A stretch of DNA of 62,974 nucleotides, the filler included. It is 10 parts of 10 records of this genome, joined end to end, with 100 filler letters (N's around TTAATTAATTAA, not from the genome) between each part and the next. Parts side by side here need not be neighbours in the genome. Positions count along the whole stretch, not along the records: positions 51,384 to 57,354 come from SRR15195285_1016; positions 57,455 to 62,974 come from SRR15195285_1022; 8 more parts are not named here. The stretch is one strand, 5' to 3'. Positions 54,801-62,974 of this stretch are shown here, in pieces. The notes under the pieces are model-generated. The model had not been told where the DNA came from, made no database searches, and was given only the letters and a program-made list of their open reading frames with translations. The first letter of the stretch is position 1. Each line of letters opens with the position of its first letter. Position numbers and translations under genes: made by a program.

Positions 54801-56884
54801 CATAGCAACGTGGTACACAGTGCAAACGCGAAGATCACCCAAAACATCACCGCAGTATATGCTAGCAGCTGCCCTGCGGCAAGCCGAAGGGTATCCCACA
54901 GCAGGGAGGTAGACCTGAAGATGCGCATGTACTTGAAAAACTTGAATACAACCACGAGACAGACTATCCCCAGCACTTTGATCATCATCGTATAGGTGCC
55001 ACGAAGCGGTAGGCCATCGTTGAACAGATACTGTGTGTTGATTCGCAGGTCGACCTCAGACGGAATTTCACTGCTGAAAATGCCTAGATCGTAGTCTTCG
55101 TTGGTGGTGTTCACCTGATAATGAAGTAGAAAACGGTCTTCCTCCTCCATAAACGCCCTAATTTTGTCGCAAAACACGAAAACTACGTAGATGTACACAA
55201 ACTCGAACACATTCCAGCCAGATCGGATCCACTGCCAGAACCCAACGGTGTTCAGCTTCTGAATTTCCTGCATGATCATCCAAACTGGCAGAACAATAAT
55301 TGCGTAGGTCCAGATCCAACCTGAGCTACCGCTGCCCTCTGTCTCAGATAAGCCGATGCCAAGGAAGTGCAATGGCCTCAGTTGCATCGATGTAATTCTG
55401 CTGTACGACTTTACGTGGCCGGAGGGTGAGAAGACGAAGTTGACGTCAACAGCGACGATGACAGTGGGGTCGTAATTGCTGCCCATGGTTGACGAGAAAA
55501 GGCCTTCCCTGCCCGCACTGAACGTGTTGCCATTCAAGATGATGAATTGGAAAGTCAGAGAACGCGTGTACTGGTCGACAAACTGCAGCTCCCTTAGCGC
55601 CTTCAGTTGCCTAACAAACGTGCTGCTGTTTCCTGGCAGGTCGATATGAAAACCTCCAGCGCCAAAGCTGCGAAACTTTGCCCAGAGGCTTGAGGTCTCT
55701 GTCGGGTCAGATTTGACGCTGCTGCGATACGCATTCGGAGGGTTTGCAAGCAGTGTGTGTGTCTGCAGATTCACAGGACACGCCCACTCAAACTTTGAGC
55801 CAGGATCGTTCTCAATGGCCTGCTTCTGATCCTCGGGGTTCTTAAAACAGCCCGATTGTGAACAGCAGAAGAAACCATCGACCTGACTGCTTGCGATGTT
55901 GGCCACTGCATGGTCGTTGTACCACTCTGGAAACGCGTCGATGAACGAGCTCCCGTTGAGAGTTTCTAACGGCTTGCTCAAATTGAGAAAATCCGTTGCG
56001 TTGTGCTCAAACCAGTCACTCGTGCACCTGACGCCACGATCGGTCAGCTGCTCGCCCATATCTGGTCCGAAGGAGCTACTCAGCTTTTGCTTGCAATTGG
56101 TTCGCTCCTCCCTTGAGCGCTCCTGGCGGAGCCGCACCGGCCCCAGCAGCCAGTTAGTGCCGAGCAGCGCAGCCAAGTTTCCGTCCGCCTCGTCATCGAC
56201 CAGCAGCCCAGCGGACAGGGGTCCTTCTGCCCACTGCCACATCTCTTCCGCCGTCATGATATCGTCAAAGTTCTTGAAGATGTGCGTCGTCTCCGCATCA
56301 AACTCTTCACCCAGCAGCAAGTCACTCACAGCTTCCTGGTGCCGCTGCATCACAGCCGGTGGCGGAAGATGCGCAAGCAAATAGGTGATCATGTAGACGT
56401 ACACTGCGTAAAACAGCAGGTTCAGGATCTTTGCCGCGCTCCGGTGCGCCATAAAGTGGTGGTTGTAGACTTTCCACATATTGACGACGTACTGGGCCTT
56501 GTACTCGCGCATTGGGTTCCTCAAGGGGCGCAGCCTGTCTTTGCTGAACAGTAAGTGGTGTGATTTAGCATCAGCGAAGGCTCTGGAGACTGTCATTTTC
56601 GGGATCTGCTGCCGCACGTGAGCCCGCAGGGCTTCTAACGCCGGCGAAAGCATACCCGCTGCGTCCGCCTCGTCCGCGTCACCCTCGCCGCCCGCGCCGT
56701 CAAAGCTGTCGCCATCGGCAAGTGCAGCCACGACATCGACACCTTTGCTGGGTGGCGTCCCTCCCGGGCGGGACCAGCCACGAACCATGGCGGCATGTCC
56801 CGGCTGCCCCCCGCGGTCTGGGACTTGCACCGTCAAACTTGGCCGAGTCGACTCCCGAGGTTTCGAAGGCACCGCCTCGCTCAT
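51899..56884 (-). CDS. Polycystin-2-like (TRPP) cation channel, intronless, long C-terminal tail
   Basis: Motifs F.DI.T.EEMWQWAEGPL, NWLLGPVRLRQ.R, FGAGGF, FVDQYTR, SGWNVFE, KFFKY, pore region LVRLAAGVDDIEYNEL, and S6 MNLMIAIVTDFYEE. Confidence 0.9.
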   Translation of the reverse strand: MSEAVPSKPRESTRPSLTVQVPDRGGQPGHAAMVRGWSRPGGTPPSKGVDVVAALADGDSFDGAGGEGDADEADAAGMLSPALEALRAHVRQQIPKMTVSRAFADAKSHHLLFSKDRLRPLRNPMREYKAQYVVNMWKVYNHHFMAHRSAAKILNLLFYAVYVYMITYLLAHLPPPAVMQRHQEAVSDLLLGEEFDAETTHIFKNFDDIMTAEEMWQWAEGPLSAGLLVDDEADGNLAALLGTNWLLGPVRLRQERSREERTNCKQKLSSSFGPDMGEQLTDRGVRCTSDWFEHNATDFLNLSKPLETLNGSSFIDAFPEWYNDHAVANIASSQVDGFFCCSQSGCFKNPEDQKQAIENDPGSKFEWACPVNLQTHTLLANPPNAYRSSVKSDPTETSSLWAKFRSFGAGGFHIDLPGNSSTFVRQLKALRELQFVDQYTRSLTFQFIILNGNTFSAGREGLFSSTMGSNYDPTVIVAVDVNFVFSPSGHVKSYSRITSMQLRPLHFLGIGLSETEGSGSSGWIWTYAIIVLPVWMIMQEIQKLNTVGFWQWIRSGWNVFEFVYIYVVFVFCDKIRAFMEEEDRFLLHYQVNTTNEDYDLGIFSSEIPSEVDLRINTQYLFNDGLPLRGTYTMMIKVLGIVCLVVVFKFFKYMRIFRSTSLLWDTLRLAAGQLLAYTAVMFWVIFAFALCTTLLWGRHSKGFQNIPSSMFQLVRLAAGVDDIEYNELKRGDASMTPGIFLLFVGLVAILGMNLMIAIVTDFYEEARDTLRKYEVDYTWIQNTFSGNDKYEDFYRGKGLWNEPAKENATGAIGEALQALRGTWTVKPVPVGYGPRKWDAETKEVLALGETQSYPFILHRSSRVQIRYRVESHEHGVVASTNDTQTADPSPRTSSVSHLISSRSREHIRSQAKVSEGAQDTTLGALKKTVTTAVVSTTSSALKAMEQVARSASTPDQRIFTGFAADPQSINEDSPHADIPREHEAPTLDLWMAASSLAQFRGIRYLEQLKGTDEVDTQGQDSRQGDVVPGDKIILKTPAEGGMMGEIVLKFVRFKPVRRASREDKQQMSREIEMVREELHDLHTEFERKRQSVIHSAIDEQVQRLHSSINGAVGKGDVDHTWTPLCPGCSRTSCEPCKTKREYAEKIAQVEGKLQRLHKQRGELEGVERIMIFDVVDVDSWQKFRPLAANQGHLGERLKEACVECVKRTAISGSLDEADDAGYKDNPDTHVIHKDAVIRVVAEVVLAGLERQYSQLGQREKEEQRHIIEEDINTIIMEMADEEENIKTCNQEAKDAIEEQASKQCVKCGSSKHTKQAVKTHETMMYLRDHDKVALDLLVPNYDVAHPNVSAAMNRLMKKAQRIKLCHDHTPLLEVQESAEFELKIPPEVQRRIVWRSISRLCSSTYLKSFLRWIFPIHFITRHMYFHSSVEDDVEDFLEAKCIKAQARMPTAFKRSLKLQMGEFMGEQHSICLADFSYQLQYFVFKVKSERPVARLRSWFHRTFKQTFLRSYFIGLRIPMRRHYSQVEEEIAMNYLLISYNDFIDRRRGSILGDPYSASGVLLDPLTRASLDKALEQSRREEEEDAAQDELNAKLAEVGALLELMQRQQPPPQAPPPLPRRIHAGADAKEGTAAVQRNAATTRKDRTPPRHRSVDGAQPEPQP

Positions 56885-57354
56885 TATGTACCGGTATCGT
56901 GCCAATCAACACAGGCCTCTCAACCACGCCGCTTCCCCCTCTGCGCGACGCAGCCCGGGCAGCTGCCGCCCTCGGCCCTGCAGCGAGCCAGGGCGCTGTG
57001 ATGGTAGGAAGGGATCACTGCCCCTGTACTAGTAGGGCCCTGTGGGAAGGGATCACGGCCGCTGGCCAGCAGCAGGACCAGCTGGACGGCAGCGCCACCG
57101 GCCTCGCTCGGGCAGCAGGCACGCGGGTGCAATAGCGATTACGGTAGCGTAATACCAATAGCCACTATCCCAGATATATCGAATATATCAAGCATGTGAT
57201 ACACTGTACCGAGGTACTAGTAGTAGTGTACGGTAAATGATTCGGAATATAATGCGCATGCGCTCACCGTCGACGGCGCGGCCGTGCGTGCGGCGGCCGG
57301 CCTTGCGGTACTGACCTAGAGATGTTGAGGTATGGCTGGGTCCGGCTGCATGCA

Positions 57355-57454
57355 NNNNNNNNNNNNNNNNNNNNNNNNNNNNNNNNNNNNNNNNNNNNTT
57401 AATTAATTAANNNNNNNNNNNNNNNNNNNNNNNNNNNNNNNNNNNNNNNNNNNN
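57355..57454. other. Artificial contig linker
   Basis: N44-TTAATTAATTAA-N44. Confidence 0.99.
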
Positions 57455-57455
57455 G

Positions 57456-60400
57456 GAGTGGGTATGCAGAGAGGGTACTGGCAACGTCCCCGAAGCTGAG
57501 CGCAAAAAGTGGAAAGGGGCCGACCCCACGCCACGGCTTCCGTCATTCGACGACCGTGAGCCAATTCCTTCGCAGCTGTGGCTGTCCGACGATGGCCGGA
57601 CTCTCGCCGCGCTGCTTATCGACCCAGAAGATTACAGCAACCGCGAGCTCTACCTGCTAGGCCGCAGCTCGCCCAGCGGCAAGTGGCCAAAGCACTGGAT
57701 GCGGAAACCTGAGCCCACGCAGAACTTCACTGATGGCTTGAATCTGTCGGCACAGGACTTGTTCCTTGGACTGGTGCAGATGGTGGTTACAGATACGCCC
57801 CAACTGGGGCGCTGCTGCCACTTGGCGCACGTCTGGCGCCGTATCGACGAGGGTGACCCGTACCGGGGCGACCCTTCGCAACTCATGCTGAACATCCGAG
57901 CACTGTGCGTAAGCGTTGACGACGCCGCTTTCACAAAATCTGCACCTACGGGCGGAACCAACTTGCAGCTTCTGCGCCCGGGCTGCTGGATAGCACGAGA
58001 GTATCCATTCAACGTGGGTGACAAAGATGCAGTTCTGCCGCCTCTTGCAGCGCAGCTAGATCCAAAGGGCTCGGTTCTTGCAGTGGTGGCCAACCAGGCA
58101 GAGCATCAGCCACTGTTGTTCGTTGGAATGCCAGGGTTCGAAGATGCACAGCGATCCGGGTCTTCAGCATCAAGCGAGTCACCACTCACACTGGTAGATA
58201 TGCACGACAGCCGCAAGTCCAGTGAACGTTGCACGCCAGTTCAGGATTTGGCGTGGTCGTACGACGGCAGTTTGCTCGCGGCAGTCTCTGCCGATGCACA
58301 GCTTACGTTGTTGCCACGCTTGGGTATGCCGCTGCCGCTTCGCCCAGAAGCTGCATCGAAAGAAATGCAGGATGTCCTGAAAGAATTCGTGAAGCCGCCG
58401 GCGCGAGAACCAGAATCTGCAGAAGCTCGCATGCCGGCATTGGCGCGACGTAGTTCGCTGTCGTCTCTGCCTATCGCTGCCGTGTATCCATATTTCGCCC
58501 TGCCAGGAGTCGCCGCTGAGGTAGGTGGTCCGCCCGGTGGTGGTGCTGCTGTGTCAACAGTGGGAGATCAGGGTGCCGACACTGGTGTACCAGCAGAGGC
58601 TCCGCAGCCAACTAAGATGCGACTCTTCACCATATGTAGTCACCACAGAAACCAAACCAGCTTCGCGGTGTGTGACGGCGCTGTTACAGTTGTCCTATCA
58701 GCAAAGACTCTGGATACACGGGATACTTCCCAGATATCTGGCAAGCAGCTCATCGCCCAAGACGATTTTTCTACACAGCAGTTGATTAAGCACCTAACAG
58801 GGATCAAATCTTCGACGACACCAACGATGGCTAGCTGGCCTAATGGACCGCTTGCAGCGTTTGCAGCTGCTGCGCAGATCGCGCTTTCGCTTGGAATTAG
58901 CGTCAACGATATTGACATTTCGCCTGTTAGAGCAGTGCTTGCTAGTGCTCCCGTGAGCATGAAACAGCGAACCCGTGTCGGCGACCTTATACCGGTTGAT
59001 GTGAAGTTGCAAGGTGACTTGCTTGTCGTGAAAAAGAGCACGGAAGCTGCGTCCGCCTTCAAACCTGCAATGAAGCTACAGCGAGCTAAGTTGCCTGCGG
59101 GATGTCCCGCACAGTGGTTAGCACGATCTGGGCGGCAACTAGACTTAAATGACGGTAGGAATCCTCAGCTCACGCTTCTGTGCAGTTCTGATGCAGAAGC
59201 AACCGCTTGGGAGAAAAAACTGCGCGCTGCCGGCAGTGGCTCAAGCTATAGGGGCGCAGCAGGCGTGCTGCGGTGTGTTCGAAAGATACTGCAAGTGCTA
59301 GCCTGGGGGCAAGGGCGGTCGCCGGAACTTGCCATGAAAGTTGTGACGGCATCCTTTAATGATCTAGTTGCTGCCAAGCAGTTTTATCTGGCGTTTCACC
59401 TGTTGTCAACTGCCGAGCAGTATCTGCGGCATACGAACGCGGGTGCAGTGGTACTGACGAGACAGTGGGAAACACTGCGGAAAAAGGTCGCCGACGCTGC
59501 GAAGGGGTTCGGTGCTGCAGAGGAGAAAGCAACTTTTGGCGTCGATGACCCTTTCTGGGGATACAAAGACCCTGTCGAGAAGACGAAAGCCAATTGGGGT
59601 CCATTGCAGACCGTAATTGCTCTGCGGCTGTGCGGCCGGGAAGAATCCATGGCTGTAACACCGGTCAAAGAGAAGTCACAGCTGACCGACCGCCAGATCG
59701 ACCATGTCACCCGCCATGTCACCCGCTTGAAACGATTGGATGCGGTTGCAAAACAGCCGACTCACTCTCCTGCTGGAGGCTCTCCTGCAGAGTATCTTGC
59801 AATAGGACATCGGTTGTACTATGAACAGCGCTGGGACGACGCACTCGAGTTCTACAAGACTGCAGCCAAAGTGGGAAAGACCGCGCTGTTCTCTCTTCTT
59901 GTATTCAACAATAATTTCAGCGCAGCGCTGAAACTGGCGCTAGGTGGCTTGCATCCTGACTCCGGGGCAGCACATTTAGCTTACGAGGCTGGCAAGCCCT
60001 GCCTGAAGGACGATTATGTGCTCGTGTGCACGATGTCCAAGCTCATGTGGGCAGTAATTTGTGGCAAACCGAAGTTCGAGATGTGGAGGCCAACTACCAC
60101 AATTTTGACCGGTGCGGCGCCTTCCCAGTACCTCGAGGACCCAAAATGGTACGACAAGCTGCGTAAACGGGCCATTCCGAAAGCAGTACTTGCTGACGGG
60201 GCCAAGTCTTGCAGCCAAGACCAGTGGAATTCGATGACCGCAGTGAGACTATGCCTCGCCGCAGGCCTGATGTCTGAGGCCACAGACATCCTGAAGAAGG
60301 AGCCGACAGTACGGTCAGCGTTCGGCATTGTCCTCAAAGCTCATCCTGAAATCGTGAATCACATGGCTGAGGCAAACAGCACTGTGAAGCAGGTACTTAC

Positions 60401-62974
60401 GAAGCACCTCGACGATGCGCTGCGCGCCTGTGATTTGCAGCGTATACACAAGCTGCTGCTTGCATCAGCTAAGCTGTTTCCAGCTGGCGGGACGAAGGAC
60501 TCGATTTCACGCCGACTTCAGTCGGTCAATCATTTTCTACGTGGTATGCGACAGTATCTGATTCAGATGCCAGTACCCGTGGTGGACAGTTTTCAGCTTC
60601 CGGCGCCGTTGGAGCGAGGTCAAAATAAAGTTGAGGGTGCTAGTGCAGGATCGGCAGTGCAACTCGAGGCCTTTCGACGGTGGAACTTGGGCGTGGTCAG
60701 CCGGTTCACATGCTTCTTGCTACAACCAGCTATGGCTGCAGGCAAAATTAAAGAGATTTTGGGCGAGCATGGCTGGTGTGGTGCTGGTGCTGCCAAGTTG
60801 GAACGTGAAGAGGGCGAAATTGGGTGGATCAAGACGTTTGGCACGTGGGCAGACTTTGTGTTGCCCTATCGACTGCTGCTACGTTTTTCGTGGTTCCAAG
60901 TTGTGCGGGATGAATACTCGTCGCGTTGGCGTCAAGTACACAATTTGCACAGCCGACGAACCCAGGCACTTGCTCGGCTGCGTAGAGGGGAATCATTGAG
61001 TTATCATAGAGGTGCTGCCGAAGCTGACGCATCAGAGCTGATGGAAGAGCGGATCCATCTCTGCTGTGCAGCAGTGCAGCTCCTGCCATTTGACGATATG
61101 ATTCACATCAACAAGCTGCACGAGCTGCTCGTGAGCTGCATCGAGAACATCGAGCTCGAAATAACCATCAACGATCCGACGGATGTTTCGCGTCTCGGGC
61201 CTCTGGTCACGCTACTGATGCTCTACTTGCAAGAGTTTGGTAGACAGCGGCCACGCCACCAGCTACTACGCAAACAGATCGCGGTACGGTGTACAGTGCT
61301 CGACTCAAAGCTAGCAGCTGCGGAAGCAGATGCGGCAGCAGTCGGTATGCCAGTTGAACAGCGCATGTGGTCGAGTCGGCTAACGCAGCAGAGCGACGCC
61401 GAGCAGGACTACGGAATGTGGAACTATGAGCTGGATCCATCCTTCCAGAGGTTTGTGGCACGGGAACCGCGTATCCGAAATATTGAAACGATGAAGACGT
61501 TTGATTTCGTCAAGTCGCCGGCTGCAAAAGGCGAGCATGACCTGGATCCTGCAAAGCTGGCGCAAGAACTGGACAAGGCCAAGGCCGAATACGAGGCGCT
61601 AGCTGACGGCCCTGCGCTGGTGAAAGGTGCTGGTGGGCAGTGGGTGCTACCACCTGAGGAGATTGGCTACGAAGTCTTGGAAGTAGCTGAGTTCGATGCA
61701 TCCAAGGAGAAGGAGGTAGAGTTCGAAGAGACATTCGAAAAGAGGGCGGAGCTAGCCAGCCGGCAAGATGAGCTAGCATATCCAGTAGTCAACATGTCTG
61801 ATGGACAAGCAATTGGCCCGAACAAGGAGAAGGGAGATACAGCGATCGGCGACATGACAAAGAAGGCCCCAAAGCCAGAAGCGGAAAAATCCAAAGGGAA
61901 ACCGCCAGAAAAGCCGAAGGCTAGTTCGGATCAGTTGCCAACCGGGCTGCAGCTGCTATCTCGCACAGGCAAGCGAGAGGTCAATCTAGGCAAAACTGCT
62001 TCAAGTACCGGCTACTTCACTACAACCGTCAAGACGCTGCGCCAAGATGGACCCCATTCAAGAGCAAAGAGAGTGGGTGGGAAGACTACAACAATCATTC
62101 CGGGCGCCTCGGGCGTTACAGGAGAGCATCCGATTACAGAGCCCGTCCCACATAAACTCCACGCAGCTCGTCCTGCTGATCAAACTGAGATGCGTGTTGG
62201 TGAGCCGTTGCCGACGCGCGAGTACAATGTTGATCCCTCGACAGGTGCAATCGTAGCAACAGATGGCAAGGTCACGGAGTATCCAGTGGCATCTCTTTCT
62301 GTACGAGGCTACACGCCGAGTGGAGGTTGGTATGGTGAACAACCGCAGCTGCATCGCGACAGAGTGATGGGTGGCCAATACGGCCCGAGCCACCGTTCAT
62401 GGCAGCCAAACCGACGGCCAGACGGTCGTCCACGAGAGTACTGGGATCCGGATGACCCGCGCGGCTCTGGCCGTCCGGGCTTTGGTCGTGGCGACGGTAG
62501 CGGATGGGGTGATACAGATTACTTCCCTGACTCAAGGTAACAGACGCCATTTCTTGAATGTTTTATCTCTCGTGCACCTGTTCCAATTTCAATTGCGTAG
62601 ATTGTTTGCGGGTCGGCTGACTATGACGTTCCTTGCCGACAGTAGTGATGACGATGATTATGGCTATCCTGGCGGGTACCGTTCTCGAAGTTCCAGAGAC
62701 CGATCGTACGTCACACACCGTCCGCCTCGAGCTTGCTCTCGTTTTTCTGCGCAAGCATATGCCCTGTTGAGATAAAATCACTTCGCATGTATCTGCTCGG
62801 AGCAGCACGCGGCGATCTCGACCCGATCTGCGCGATGAGGGTTCGGGGCGAGGTCTCACAGGTCGCAGCCCACGGGGCTCCACACACTATGGGGGCGATG
62901 GATCTGGCACGCTCGACGGCTTCCGAACACTTCGGCGTAGCCCACAGCAGCAGCAACAGCAGCAGCAGCAGCAG
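57456..62974 (+). CDS. Large protein, CPLANE1 (JBTS17/C5orf42)-like; partial at both ends
   Basis: The frame is open from the contig start to a GT donor at 62537 and resumes after 62642. Blocks LWLSDDGRTLA, VQDLAWSYDGSLLAAV...LTLLPRLG.PL, FTICSH....FAVCDG..VVL and WNSMTAVRLCLAAGLMSEA recall CPLANE1 conserved blocks in the same order (from memory). Confidence 0.65.

Noticed and set aside
5523-57454. Recurrent TTAATTAATTAA motif inside N runs
   Set aside because: Synthetic six-frame-stop linker between contigs, not biological.

Overview
Eukaryotic nuclear DNA, not prokaryotic. There are spliceosomal GT-AG introns and no operons, CRISPR arrays, rRNA or tRNA. The window is an artificial concatenation of 10 short contigs joined by 100-bp linkers (44 N + TTAATTAATTAA + 44 N), so adjacency across gaps means nothing. 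Gene content suggests a flagellated, probably heterotrophic and probably marine protist; the taxon cannot be determined here. Cilium and channel genes are CFAP251, CPLANE1-like, PKD2-like and a two-pore-channel relative. Glycan-degrading genes are GH2, GH28, a GH38 fragment, GH59, GH65, GH78, a GH168/GHL15-like gene, two beta-helix paralogs and a sulfatase. Others are a UBE2Q-like E2, a PWWP+CW histone reader and an ABCF2 ATPase. The best novelty candidates are (1) ABCF2 fused to a C-terminal eIF5-type W2 domain with N-terminal lysine boxes, (2) a two-domain channel with Cav-like glutamate filters and four EF-hands, (3) a dispersed GGGCATAAGG/CCTTATGCCC palindrome on three contigs, and (4) PAN/Apple modules grafted at different positions onto unrelated glycosidases. 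All family calls come from motif recognition by eye, no searches were run, and exon boundaries are approximate unless stated.
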